Part shown: in pieces, positions 14,601 through 27,900 of the stretch
How positions within the stretch are numbered: the stretch's first letter is position 1
Layout of the letters: each line of letters starts with the position of its first letter
Assembly (NCBI GenBank): GCA_964106915.2
Contig: OZ066918.1
DNA from: Podarcis gaigeae
Taxonomy: Eukaryota
Strand: one strand, 5' to 3'
Length of the DNA: 64,000 nucleotides
Program-made: the position numbers and the translations under genes
Notes under the pieces: generated by a model
What the model saw: only the letters and a program-made list of their open reading frames with translations
Told to the model about the DNA's origin: nothing
Databases searched by the model: none

Positions 14601-14981
14601 TACGCCTGAAAATTGTGTGATTAAGCCAAGGCAGATGAGGCACATAAACCCTGAGCTGGGGGTTGCAGGGACCTCTGGAGCCAGTTAAAGTAGGGAAAGG
14701 AATTCTTACAACTACTATTAATAGTTAAATACTTCTCTCTCCTTGTCTCACTCTCGCACTCATTCATATGCAGGTTATTCAGAGTTCTTCCATGACGGAA
14801 GAGAATGCCAGGTACTGGAATAATTGAGTTCTGGCTGGACTGCTGTTGAGTAACCCCTCCGTTGTTTGCAGTGGATATGCAGCAGCATCTTATTTGCACG
14901 AAGAGCTTTTACTGCACTAAATTATCCCATGAGTCACTGGGCAGCATACAGCAACTTGTTGCTTGTGGGTGTCAGCTGGCT

Positions 14982-15071
14982 TTAATGCAGTGGGTTGTCA
15001 AATACAGCATCAGGTAAGATGGAGACTTTCAGTTTCTTTTCAGGCCAACTATACTCCTTTGAAAACTTGAA
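14982..15071 (-). CDS. SUFU: SUFU terminal exon 12, coding part (90 nt including TAA)
   Basis: FKFSKEYSWPEKKLKVSILPDAVFDNPLH*; acceptor gcttttttAG. Confidence 0.97.
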   Translation of the reverse strand, partial: FKFSKEYSWPEKKLKVSILPDAVFDNPLH

Positions 15072-16094
15072 CTAAAAAAGCAAAGAAGTTATTAGTTAAT
15101 ATAATTTACTATGATGAATGATACACAAAGCAAACCCATTAGACCCAATAGAAGCAAAAGTTTCCAGCTATTAGGTAAATAAGGAAATCTTTTTCCAAAG
15201 TGTTCATTTGGGACAGAAGACTGTTATTTTATCATTATTTATTAAAAATGTATACCACCCTTCATCCAAAGATCACAGGTCAGTTTACATAGATTACATA
15301 GCCAAGTATTTTTTTCCCTATTTCTACCACTCACTTGTGCATTACTGTCTTACTTTGCTTTCTCTTAATTCACCAGGGGCCTTTTTTTTTGGCACCTGCT
15401 TAAGAAGGACTGAGTCAGTGAATTCAGAGGTTTTCTAGCCCAGCGTATCATGCATATAAGACTTCAGGGTACAGCAGCACGCATGGAGTTCAATACATTG
15501 AAAATACAGTGATAAAACAGTTTTAGAATAGGTTTGATATACAGCAAACACAAGTGAAACCCCACAATAAGGTAGTTGAGGAAGAAGCTGGCGAGACTGG
15601 CAAATAAAGGATCATGCAAGGGTCGTGGGGAAGTGAAGTCCCAATATGCCTCTCAAGGTTAACATCAATCCCACATGAACGTAACAAAAACAGTAGCAAA
15701 ACTAGAAAACTAGCAGAAATATAGGGACTTATGAGCTCCTGGTTATTTGGGAACAAATTCATTCCCCTGAGGCTGACTTTGAAAAATAGAGGGGCAGAAT
15801 TCAGGGACACATAGAGGAGCCTTACTCCATGCCAACAGTTCATTTGCTATTATGGAGAATGAGGGTCTTAGCTGAGGAATTGGGAGGGGGGAATTCCATA
15901 GAACTGTCCTATTTCTTGGGTGCTTAATAACTTACAGGAATTGCTTGGGGAAGGGTCTAGTAAGAGGCAATCACAAAGTTGGGGGTGGTGTCTGCCTGGT
16001 GGGAAGACTGTAGACTGGATAGACTTGCTGGATGGACTGTTAGATGGAGGAGTCAATGACCATTGTGCACACTGGCTGAGGAGTGGTTAAGTTG

Positions 16095-16220
16095 CATGGG
16101 CTTTTTTTCTGCCAGAACTCAGTTCCAGCAGCTCTCAGGTGGGCGCCATTGCCATTCGAAGAGAACGAGGGAGGTGTTCATGCTGAGTTCTGGCACCTCT
16201 TTTTCTAGAAAAATAGCTGA
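16095..16220. mobile_element. Short non-autonomous DNA transposon (MITE)
   Basis: Ends gctttttttct / agaaaaatagc; internal inverted gccagaactcag / ctgagttctggc. Confidence 0.5.
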
Positions 16221-17622
16221 GTAGAACATTGAGTCAAAGCCCTCCAAGGTAGTATTTTCAGAAATGCTCTCTCTTCCACATACAGGACCTACAGGACCAG
16301 CTAGACTGATGGAACTGCAGGGCCCTAGTTCTTGGATGTGATAGTGGTATGAAGAGGAAGAGTATAGATTAAGGAAATTTCTATCACACTATTGAGCAAA
16401 GCATTTTAGAGCAGTCATTTGCTAGACATTAGGGTCTCTTCTGGGACAAGCTGAGCCTGTACACTTCAACTGAAGTAACCAAACTGCTGGTGCTGAACAT
16501 GAAAGAAGTCACAGAGCAGCTTTTAGACTTAACTTCTCAGGGTAAGCAAACAGGAGTTGAGGATCATCAAGTTTGGGATGATTTAACACTTAAGGATGAT
16601 GATGTAAATGTTTTTCAGGTAAAGTGGAGGACAGAGTACAACTCTAAAATGAGTGTACAGAGAAAAATGGTAGCTAGCAAAAACCCAAAGCGTGACTGAA
16701 GAAATTGAACTAGAAAATGTCATTTGAAGGGAGATAGAATGTATAGGTGTTTATATGTTAACATTAAAGAAATCTCTTAACCATGATGGGAGAGTTTAAG
16801 AGCTTGGCAGCTAAACAAAACAGGTATCCTGGGCATATCAGAAACCTACTGTCAACAGAGAGAACCAGTAGATCACGCTTACAGAAAATCAAGAGAAAGC
16901 TCACATTAGGGCTCTCCTTCACTGAGGGAAGATCATTCAGTGGTAAACTTATTTTAAAACTCCTCCAATAATTTCTTCACATGAAAAAATGGTTAAAAAG
17001 TAATTTAGAACTATCATTTATTCACTAAAAACTTGGGTGATCTTGAGATAAATAAAAATTAGGGAGGCAGTAAACTTGGCGTAATAATGAAAGACAACTT
17101 CATTCACATTTACTGGGTTAAGTACTAGATGCAAGATGAAACAGTCTTTTAACTTCATTCTAGTTTTTGTTGCTGTAAAAAAACAGCACACCCCCATTTT
17201 TGATGTTGATTGTTCCTCAAAATGTCTCTCAAATCCATTTTTAATCCATGTAAGAAGTGTGCCAAGCCTTCCTGCATGGTTTTAAGATTCTAGGTAACTG
17301 TGCAGTCCCCGAGCCAGCTGTCTTTCTGGCCCTGACCAAGAGGCAGTTGCCAACTCCTCATATGATGAACCAAACTTCTCATTGACCTAAGACTTTGGGG
17401 AATGGAGAGGGTTCCCCACTGCCAACCCTGAAGACTGTTATGAAGCACCCCTAAAAATAAATATGAAGCATGCCTAAAAATAACTTTTCTATAGTAGCTT
17501 GCACCTTAAAAGGAAGTTTCAGTTTTGGCCAGGAGAGGCCCCAAGACAGACTCCATTACAGAAAACCAGGTGTGCATGTTCCAAGTTGGTTGTGTTATTT
17601 CCTTTGACTGTAAATTTCTGCT

Positions 17623-19134
17623 TTGTTGTTGTTGTTGTTTAGTCGTTTAGTCGTGTCCGACTCTTCGTGACCCCATGGACCAGAGAACGCCAGGCACCTC
17701 TGTCCTCCACTGCCTCCCGCAGTTTGCTCAAACTCATGCTGGTAACCTCGAAAACACTATCCAACCATCTCGTCCTCTGCCGTCCCCTTCTCCTTGTGCC
17801 CTCCATCTTTCCCAACATCAGGGTCTTCTCCAGGGAGTCTTCTCTTCTCATGAGGTGGCCAAAGTACTGGAGCCTCAGCTTCACAATCTGTCCTTCCAGT
17901 GAGCACTCAGGGTTGATTTCCTTCAGTATGGAGAGGTTTGATCTTCTTGCAGTCCATGGGACTCTCAAGAGTCTCCTCCAGCACCATAATTCAAAAGCAT
18001 CAATTCTTCGGCGATCAGCCTTCTTTATGGTCCAGCTCTCACTTCCATACATCACTACTGGGAAAACCATAGCTTTAACTATACGAACCTTTGTTGGCAA
18101 GGTGATGTCTCTACTTCTCAAGATGCTGTCTAGGCCTGTCATTGCCCTTCTCCCAAGAAGCAGGCGTCTTTTAATTTCGTGGCTGCTGTCACCATCTGCA
18201 GTGATCATTGAGCCCAAGAAAGTAAAATCTCTCACTACCTCCATTTCTTCCCCTTCTATTTGCCAGGAGGTGATGGGACCAGTGGCCATGATCTTCGTTT
18301 TTTTGATGTTGAGCTTCAGGCCATATTTTGCGCTCTCCTCTTTCACCCTCATTAAAAGGTTCTTTAATTCCTCCTCACTTTCTGCCATCAAGGTTGTGTC
18401 ATCTGCATATCTGAGGTTGTTGATATTTCTTCCGGCAATCTTAATTCCGGCTAGGGATTCATCCAGCCCAGCCTTTCGCATGATGAATTCTGCATATAAG
18501 TTAAATAAGCAGGGAGACAAAATACAGCCTTGTCGTACTCCTTTCCCAATTTTGAACCAATCAGTTGTTCCATATCCAGTTCTAACTGTAGCTTCTTGTC
18601 CCACATAGAGATTTCTCAGGAGACAGATGAGGTGATCTGGCACTCCCATTTCTTTAAGAACTTGCCATAGTTTGCCGTGGTCGACACAGTCAAAAGCTTT
18701 TGCATAGTCAATGAAGCAGAAGTAGATGTCTTTCTGGAACTCTCTAGCTTTCTCCATAATCCAGCGCATGTTTGCAATTTGGTCTCTGGTTCCTCTGCCT
18801 CTTCTAAATCCAGCTTGCACTTCTGGGAGTTCTCGGTCCACATACTGCTTGAGCCTTCCTTGTAGAATTTTAAGCATAACCTTGCTAGCGTGTGAAATGA
18901 GTGCAATTGTGCGGTAGTTGGAGCATTCTTTGGCACTGCCCTTCTTTGGGATTGGGATGTAGACTGATCTTCTCCAATCCTCTGGCCACTGCTGAGTTTT
19001 CCAAACTTGCTGGCATATTGAGTGTAGCACCTTAACAGCATCATCTTTTAAAATTTTAAATAGTTCAGCTGGAATGCCATCACTTCCACTGGCCTTGTTA
19101 TTTGCAGTGCTTTCTAAGGCCCATTTGACTTCAC
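17623..19134 (-). mobile_element. RTE-BovB LINE, 5'-truncated, young
   Basis: Uninterrupted RT ORF; (CAA)n tail after ...gagtcggacacgactaaacgactaaa; 12-bp TSD taaatttctgct at 17611-17622 and 19135-19146. Lies in SUFU intron 11, same strand. Confidence 0.96.
17639..19134 (-). pseudogene. BovB reverse-transcriptase ORF (RT and C-terminus; endonuclease lost)
   Basis: Motifs NYRTIALISHASK, FIDYAKAFDCV, GVRQGCILSP, LRYADD. The frame stays open up to the truncation point (EVKWALESTANNKASGSDGIPAE), with no native start codon. Confidence 0.93.
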
Positions 19135-19814
19135 TAAATTTCTGCTACCCTCCCCTTATCCTTTGTCAATTTAAAAATAAACTACTACTGTAACTTTCAT
19201 TACAACACAGCCTTCTAATTCAGCAGTAAAAATTAAACAACAGGGCAGTTTTGGCAGTAGAAGTAGGAAAGGCTGTTCTACAAGCAGACAAACCTTGACT
19301 GGAGTCAACAGGTACTGTGAGAATTAGGATTATTTGCTTTTCATGGCAATGAATGAATGTTAGGGAGGATTACCTTATGATATGCACATGAAAAACCATT
19401 AGCAGCCCCACAGGAGTCATATAAATGCTCTTACCACAATGCAAGGCTGTCAAGTAAGCAGTAAAAAACTACAGAAGGTGTCATTACGGACAGTCAAAGT
19501 CTATGTCTACATTCAGTAGACTATAAGGGATAGGAATTCTGTCGGAATTTTGCCAAAACATCAACAACTGCTAGGGGAGTGGCTAGCATAGATGTCCTAA
19601 AATAGAACATTCAATCTTTACCATCCCCAGTGCTCCGACCACATAATCTTGGGGTGGCCACATGAAGGACTTTCAAGGACTGGGTGATAACAGCAAAGAA
19701 AACATGAGCCCTGGAATTATAGCCAAGAAACCAGGCCATCAAACCATCAACCAAGCAAATCAACCCCCTGAATACAGAAAGAGTCCCATTGGATATTAGA
19801 GTTAAGAAACTTAC

Positions 19815-19883
19815 TTCCTCTGAAGAATTCAGATCTTCTAGGTCTTCCAGCATTCTTTCCACAAACTCTTCAGTCAGCAGGAT
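19815..19883 (-). CDS. SUFU: SUFU coding exon 11 (69 nt)
   Basis: ILLTEEFVERMLEDLEDLNSSEE; acceptor cccttttgcAG, donor GTaagt. Confidence 0.97.
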
Positions 19884-22549
19884 CTGCAAAAGGGAGAAAC
19901 AGTAGTTTTATTCTTTTACGCTCCAAGCTTCACCTAATTGCCAAGCAACAGACTCTTTCTTAGTGCACAGAGAAGAAACTGTACTGTTGTTCATACAGAA
20001 ATTCACAAAGCCCTTGGAGGTCGGTTTGTTTCCTCCCCTAGTACCTACAAAATGCTGCAATTATTAGGGAATCTAGTTGTATCATCAATTCTCTCCCTGT
20101 GTCAAAAGCTGAAAGCTTTGATTCAGAGAAGAAGAAAAGCTAAGAATTGTGAAGAGAGATCACATTATCTGAAAAGACAGGCAATAGGAGAAAGGAGGTG
20201 CTTTTTGTCTGAAACACCATGAGCTAGCCTTAGGCTTCAATGAACGGATAGGAGGAAGAGGAGCAAGCTACTATTAGCCTGCAAACACATTTCCTACCAA
20301 ATGGGTCAAATAATCTAACCTCCAAAGAACTTCTTTGTTAAACCATGCCTGAAATACCAAGACGTAATCCAGCGCTAATAGACAAAAGATATACCTGCCC
20401 TAGCTCAAATCATGTTTCTCCTGCAAGGGTCAGATAAACCAGATACACAAGGGCATTTAGGCATAGCAGCAAAAACCCTTATCTCCTACCCATGTCTTCA
20501 TCCTCAAGAGTTCCTACTGCATGGCTTTTAAGGAGACTGTACAGTTAGCTATTATCAATAATATCTTTTTCACAGCATTCCTTAAATTCAGCACTGTTCC
20601 TGCAGTGGCGGCACCACATTGCACTAGAAATCGCATGCATTTGATGTGCATGATATTAAAGGTGACATCTGCAGCAAATCAACATCACAGGCTGCCATAG
20701 CTCTAGGCACCTCATTTAATTTCTTCTGGGATTTAGAAGCTTAGAAGTTGAAATTGAACAAATAGGCCCTGTTCTTTGAAAAATGTTCAACTTGAACTGA
20801 GCACCACCTTTTGAGAATATTTAAGAGCTCCGAACAACAGGACACTATGAAGAGACTGATGGCAGACAGTAGCCATTTATTCCCCTATGGGGGGGTGGGG
20901 ATTCCCTGTAAGAAAATGATAGGAAAATCTGAGATAACTATCTCTGTTGTTCTACACACATTCAAAACTCTCATCCAAGAGGATCTTTTCCTCCCAGGGA
21001 AACTTTCAGCTACAACTAACATGGTAAACAGTCCCTAGAGCAGCAAACAGTCCCTAGGCTATCAAATGGTACTCAGTATGAGGCTTTTGAAATGCCACAA
21101 CACTTCAATAGACCTGGTGGCATTGTGCAAACAGTTCCTGCCTCACTAGCCTGCTGTAACTGGTTTCTCAAGCTAGGACATGGTTCTGCCTTTGTATGGA
21201 GACTGTTTGTAAAACATACAACACCCCCCTCTACCTTACAAGTGTGCTCCGCCTTTAGCAACCAATGCTAGGTTTTCTAGGCTCGGGCAAACAGTGGACA
21301 TATCTGGACAGCAATAACTAGAAATATGCTTTGGGAAAGACCATAGCAGGGTATGAAAACAGCCCTCCTCTGCTGTTTGCACCTCAGCTAGGGATGTTCA
21401 GAGAAAGACAATCTCTGAGATTGGGAGGCTCTGTTTAGCTATCACATTATGCAGTGATACACCCATCCTCTATAACTGTGCCACTCTCATTTTAAAGTCA
21501 TCTAAGCCTGTGGCCCTCACTACATCTTGCAGCACTGAATTACACTAGGCAAGAAGGAACAATGAGAATACTGTGCAAACACAGAAATGATGCTTTACGT
21601 TTATGGAGAAGACATGTTTGTATTTTGAGGCTATTTCCCCCATCATGCAGGATCAGCAGTTAGGAATTTGAATCTCACTTTCATTGACCAAGAGCACTTA
21701 AAAAAAACACAACTGAACTCACATTTCTTGTTTACAATGAAGGCTTGGCATATACTATGCAATGACGAAATAGGAAAGCTGAAACATTTTCTAAAAATGT
21801 AAAAAAAAGAAGAAGCAGACGTATGAGGGACATGCCCAGCAAAACCTCTCTCTCATCCATTGGAGGGAGTCTCTACAGCAAGGCTAAAGGAAACTGGAGG
21901 TTTTGAGGAAGCAAAGGTAACTCTATAGGTCTGGTTGTTGATGCCAAGAAACAATAACAAATTCCTTAAAATTACATTTTATGAACTAATGTTAACAGGA
22001 AAAACTTGGCTGGCCAACAATAGATGTTCTCTGTAAAAAGGGTTTGTCTGCACTGGTTGTTACCCAACCGCTGGAAAAAGTCTCATTCTAATAGTCGATC
22101 TCATACAGCAAGGGTGGGGAACCAATGTGGCCCATGAGGCCATTTCTCCCAAACCACGCCTATCTGCTGATGTCAATAGATCAATGGGAGGATGGGGTTT
22201 AAGTCTGGCTTGGCTGTGTATCCTGTTCCCAGCAGGATGTAATCTCTGCTCAATTGCCCATGAGTGGGAATTATATCCTGCTCAGAAGTGCTGTTTGAGG
22301 CAGCGCATGTTCTTCTCCTACAAGTACGCAGGCAACAGCAGCAATGTGGGGAAGAAAGGTGTCTCACACTCTCCCCCCTGCCACTACCACCTGCTCACAA
22401 GAGAAGTGTGCAAGTGGCTTCAAACAGTGCTTTTGAGAAGCACTTTAAGAGAGCCCCATGCTCCTGTTTCAGCAAAGAGTTGCATAAAAGCACTGTTTAA
22501 AGGAGAATGGGGATGGATATTTCAAATAACACTTTTGGAACTCAGTAAA

Positions 22550-22903
22550 GGGACGCGGTGGTGCTGCGGGTTAAACCACAGAGCCTAGGACTTGCCGATC
22601 AGAAGGTCGGCGGTTCGAATCCCCACGACAGGGTGAGCTCCCGTTGCTCAGTCCCTGCTCCTGCCAACCTAGCAGTTTGAAAGGACATCAAAGTCCAAGT
22701 AGATAAATAGGTACCATTCCGGCAGGAAGGTAAACGGCATTTCCGTGCACTGCTCTGGTTCGCCAGAAGTGGCTTAGTCATGCTGGTCACATGACCCGGA
22801 AGCTGTACGCCGGCTCCCTTGGCCAATAAAGCGAGATGAGCGCTGCAACCCCAGAGTCGGCCACGACTGGACCTAATGGTCAGGGGTCCCTTCACCTTTA
22901 CCT
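22550..22903 (+). mobile_element. Sauria SINE (Squam1), near full length
   Basis: gggacgcggtggtgctgcgggttaaacc head; B box ggttcgaatccc; core tgccaacctagcagtttgaaa...gtagataaataggtacc; BovB-like cagagtcggccacgactgg; (ACCTTT)n-type tail. Confidence 0.95.
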
Positions 22904-23679
22904 AGCAGCTGGCATGAAGGAAGAACAATCCTCCTAAGAACTGGGCTTTCGGTGCATGTGAGGGTTCTTTGCTGAGTAGGATGAAAGGGCAAGCGAACCT
23001 GTTTGGTGCAGGAATGCAAGAGTGCACCCTGCAGGGAGCTCTCTCACATGCCTGAAATTAGCATTAAAAGAATCCCCCTCCCTAAGCACTGGCTAATGTG
23101 AAGGGTGAGCAATCCTGCTTGCTCTTCGAAACAGCAGCAAGTGAGGCTTCTCTGCTTTTGCTTGCAAAATATAGCTTTATTTCTCTCACCCCAAGTCAAG
23201 CGAAGGGGAGAGGAGAAACAAAGCTAGGTTTTGCCATCCTTCTCCCTTGATCCAGGTACCCCAAAGGCTGTATTTTCAACACATATTGTCTGACTTCTTA
23301 AACTATGCTGGAATCCACCGACCTGTCTCTCTGTACACGACTTCCTCGGCCTACAATGATGACATGATGACCACAGACATGACAGAAATGTGGTAGGTGG
23401 CTGAAGTGCCACAGCAAAACAGCATTTTTGGGGGGTAGGGAGAGACAATGCTGCTGCAGCTTCTATGGAGGAAAAGCGTTTTGTGGGAACAAGCAGTTTG
23501 TTGTTGGAATCCTGCTAATTATTTCACTTATAAAAGTTGCCACCTTAGACCATTCTTGCTGTGACATATTCACACCATCTAAAACCTGAGGAAGTATTTT
23601 TTGTCCTTCTGAATGATTGTTTAAGCCACTAAATGGAATCACACAAACTAAGGTTTATTAAATTAGGTTGATTGTCTGA

Positions 23680-24811
23680 ACATGGACCTGGACCTGGACC
23701 AGTTCAAGCAGCCAGTTCACTTTCTGGACACCAGTGTGCATCTATGCAATAAAAATACAAGCACCACCTTATACCAGAAACATTTGTATTCTAACTTTCA
23801 CCACAAAGACACCACAAGATCCACTGTCCATAGCCAAGTCTTATTAAGAGAACTGCATCTGTTCCAACTTGTTGGACAGGGACTCACACCTTAAGCATTT
23901 ACATCAGGCATTTCTTAAACTATTAACACCCACCCAATGAAGTGAAAAAGCAGGACCATCAAGGTTATACTAGTATCCAGAAATAATCTACTACAGGAGA
24001 GTCCCATAAGGGGAAAAAATTGACACAACACTACCTGTTATGTACAGCTCACAAGTAAACCATGTCTGCATAATGTCAAGGATCTACAGGCCATCCTGAA
24101 CAATGATACTGTTTTCTCACAGGTCTTGAGTTGACTTATCCTTGCTTAAAGATAGCTACTCTCAAATTCAAGGTTCTGGTTAACATAGAAAGCCAGGAAT
24201 AGTTGGGGCTCTGACTACCAGAAGGAGTGCCTCTCCTGCCCAGGGTCTGATATTTGCTGAGACCTTTTTAAGTAGCTGTACATGGACACAGACCCTACTG
24301 TAACCCTAGATGCCTGAGTGTTTTTTAGGACAAAGTTGATGCACTATTGTAAGACCTAACGTTAAGGACTCGTGCACCTGCTCATATTCCTTTGTAATCT
24401 ATTGTCACCTGCCAGCAATGTCCTTCTACATAAAGGTTAGTTTCTATGCAAAAGACGAAATGTTTGCAAATCAGACACTAGAAATGGCAGTATTCAGAAA
24501 CCAGTAAGAGTACATTTCAACATCCCAGAGCCCTGTTACTAACCTGAAAAATTGCATTCTCTGACATTATTTTATAAGGAGACTCCAGCGTGAAATTGTT
24601 GAATTAGAACCAAGACGTCCAAGTCTGTTCAGGCTTGAATACAGACAATAGTTTCCTGTTCAGTACAAATGTTAACTAACAATTGCAAAACTTAGGATAA
24701 TTATATTATCACCAATTGCTGCTTTTGTGAATGTTTTTCCCTTTCTCTTCAGGTTTATACAGTAGTTGTGACAATTTTATGTACTTGTTGCTGTTCATGG
24801 CCATTTGGCCC

Positions 24812-24873
<62 letters not shown>

Positions 24874-24960
24874 TCTCTATACCCATACTGCCAACTGTGT
24901 ATAATACTACATGTATCTGATGAAGTGGACTCCAGCCCACGAACACTTATGCTAATAGAA
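23680..24960 (+). mobile_element. Old Penelope-like element (RT C-terminus, GIY-YIG endonuclease, pLTR), heavily decayed
   Basis: Fragments VHFLDTSV..STTLYQK, CQQCPS and KSDTRN..IQKPVRVHFNIP are colinear with the intact PLE ORF at 52790-53335. Hammerhead remnant at 24911-24952; (CT)n at 24815-24870. Confidence 0.8.
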
Positions 24961-27900
24961 CACTGATGCCATGGGACCCTTTGTTTCCAATTCTCTGCAA
25001 TGTACCTACCCAATTCTGGACAGACATTGCCAAGAACAGTGCCTCCTTCCCTCCAACAGTGGAGGGGAGGGAGGGAGGCCTGCATCTTCATACTGCTAAT
25101 GGACCTTCTTATATGAATAGCAGCCAGGAATTTAATGGGGCAAGAGCTTGCAAACTTGAGAGCTGACTGTTTCTTCTCTTGCTAAAAATGGGATGGTGCG
25201 GCAGAGTCATTCAAGCTTAGACTGTAGAATCAACCCTATGCTGGTCCCTAGAGAGACTAAACATGGCTTAATAGTGCCTCTCAACACCTACCAGAGGGTA
25301 AGGCACTATTGCCTTGTTTTGCTTCAACAAACCTAGGGGATGATTTGCACAGTGCTATGTATGTACACAAATCTTGAGAAAGTGATAAAACTGCTAAATG
25401 CTCGCCTCTGGATAGCCTTACTAGAACAGAGCAATTGTACAATATATTAAGTCAGCTCTCTAAGTTTGTTCAAGCAACAAGTAAAGCAGTTTGTGGTGGG
25501 TGTCGGTAATAGTGTTGGAATGTTCTTGTCACAATCATCACACTTTCCCTGTAAAGCTACACTACTCAAGGGAGACTTGAGGAAATGACACAAAACACTC
25601 AACCTGTATTGTTGCACAAACCTTTAGCATATATTGGTATTCCCAACATGCCACTCAGACTTGGGGAACTTTAAAGAAAAAAATTGTCATTATTTTATTG
25701 AACAAGAAATTACTCTTCAGAGGTAATCTCAAAAACTGCATGTCAGAGACCCTTATTTTCTTATGAAATGCTTGGATAAGGATTTTTATGAAGAGAAATC
25801 CTTCTTTATCAACGTAACAGAATTTTTTGGGCATGAAACCTACATGAAACCTAAGAGTGATTCAATGCACATCAAAGACATGGACCTTTCAAAAAGGTAC
25901 ATCAAGCTCCCTGCTCTAAAAATAAGAACCTAAGTCAAGGTCTGTTAGGGATTAGCCTTCTGTTAAATATTAAAGAAAAGTAGCTAACAGGAGGCAAAAA
26001 TGGCTGAATAGTAGGACATTCCAAGGACTGATTTTGAGTCTGGCTGGTAACAACTTATGTTTGCTTTTTTCACCTGATGCTATGGTTTTCACCTGTTTTG
26101 CCACGTTTGTGACTTGTTTCGCTATGCTGTTGCATACCACCTTGGGACACTACATGACAAAGGGTTAAATAAATAAAATATTTGTTACAACTGTTGCTAT
26201 TATTACTGTTATATAGCCAAAGCTAGAGAATAACTTGATAGCAAGGGTGATCAACAAAATGGCAGACCGAAGCCTTAATAGTGACTTCAATGTGCACAGT
26301 GGAGCTTCTCACTTCCCATGCCAGGCCTGGTTCAAGTGCTGCCCTGCATACTTGCTTGACAAGCCAAATGCCAGGCACTTCTGAAAGCAAATTTTGAATG
26401 CGGTATGAGCATTCTCATATGTGGCTGCTGCAATTTCTTGTGTATTTCTTCCCAACGATCACATATGCAGCTACATTTAGACAACACCAAGCGCAGAATT
26501 AGTTGTTACCACTACCTAAAAGGCAGCACCCATTTCTCACAGTGGCCAGCTCCTGGGAAGATGGAAACACAACATAAAGGCAAGAGCCCTCCAACACTGT
26601 TGCTCCCAAGAATATTGTTGTATTCATGGCATACTGCCTCTTAACATGGCTCATGGGCTTAGCCGGGAGGGGGAAGCTGCCTCCCCCCATCAAGTAAATA
26701 AATAAAAATACTTAAATAAAAGTAGAAACTGTAGAAATATTTTTGACAGATTTTTCCGAGCAAAAGAAAGTAATTTAAAACAGTTGTTGAGACATTTCAT
26801 TCCAAATCTGCCAGACAGAGGATGATGACAGGTGGATGTCCTGCCTCACTCCCCCAACATAAATCCTGCCTATGCCTATGGCATGGCTGTTTCATACACC
26901 CATTACGGCTTACACCTGTTGACATGCCTATGCTCCGCAACAAATGGGCAGTTAAATTTTATTTGGAAACAGGTAACACACAGCAACATCAAGAGGAGAC
27001 ATTTTTTACACTGCTCATACCTGTAGGCATAATCAGGCATGGCAGCAGTCTTCTTTGGTTATTAGATTTTTATCATTGTCTAAATTGTAGGAAGTGACTG
27101 TGTCAAGGAGGAGAATTTTTGTATTTGCGGGGGCTCCTTATAGGGGAAAGTATGGTTCCAAAATGTGCTGGAAGCCTCCATAGATATTAAAGGCTCCCCC
27201 ACTAGACACAGTCACCTTTTACAAAGTGGAACACGATAAAAACTGATGAAGGCCAGAGCTAGAATACTCATCCCTAACAGCCCCTGTTTCCTTACCCACA
27301 TTTCTTACGTCTGAAGGCAGATAGTGTTGCTATTTTTAATACTTTAATAATAGCTGGGAGGGGGTGGCAGGGGAGATCCAACCAGAATCATAGAACGGGA
27401 GTGTGTTTTAACCACTCTCTCCACACCATTCTTTCTGTGGGTCAAAACATGCAGATATTATAAAGATATTAATTTCTGCCCAAGACAAATGACAGCCCCA
27501 GGGAGAGGCATTATCCCTTTCCTCTTACACTGTAGTTTCAATGGGGGGAGGCATGGCTGTGACTATTAAAATACTGTTTGAAAAACCAGCTGCCTACTGT
27601 TGTATCTAGTCTGGCCCTGAGCTGTAGAACTTTTCTCACCAGCAGCATAGTAACATCCAAAAGCAAAACCATGTTACAAAAGATGACTAAACATGTTAAA
27701 GAGACTGTAAACTACAGGACTGCTTTTCAAATGAGTTTTCACCTAGATGAAGGTGAGGCCAGGCTCAGTATTTACAACAAAATGAACATTTGTGCCAGTT
27801 TCAAAATAATGATGTTCGCCATTTTTCTTACCTTTCACATTACAGTATATTGTTAGATGTAAGCATACAAATTCAGAGTGGGCAAGCAACAACTATGCAT

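Larger units (their letters stand above)
8315..14981 (-). other. SUFU: Candidate long SUFU 3' UTR (distal end uncertain)
   Basis: Follows the stop codon and has no recognisable transposons, unlike its flanks. Minus-strand AATAAA at 13110-13115, 10896-10901 and 8963-8968; ATTAAA at 8333-8338. Confidence 0.45.

Noticed and set aside
16300-17100. Ancient RTE-like fragment (QKIKRKLTLG resembles EIKRRLLLG)
   Set aside because: The similarity is too short to set boundaries or support a call.
17667-18608. 313-aa plus-strand ORF
   Set aside because: It is the antisense shadow of the intact BovB RT frame, with no independent coding evidence.
19125-19150. Cryptic acceptor created at the BovB 5' junction (tttAG) that might fuse SUFU to the RT
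   Set aside because: The upstream sequence is purine-rich with no polypyrimidine tract, and the first in-frame codon after exon 11 would be TGA.
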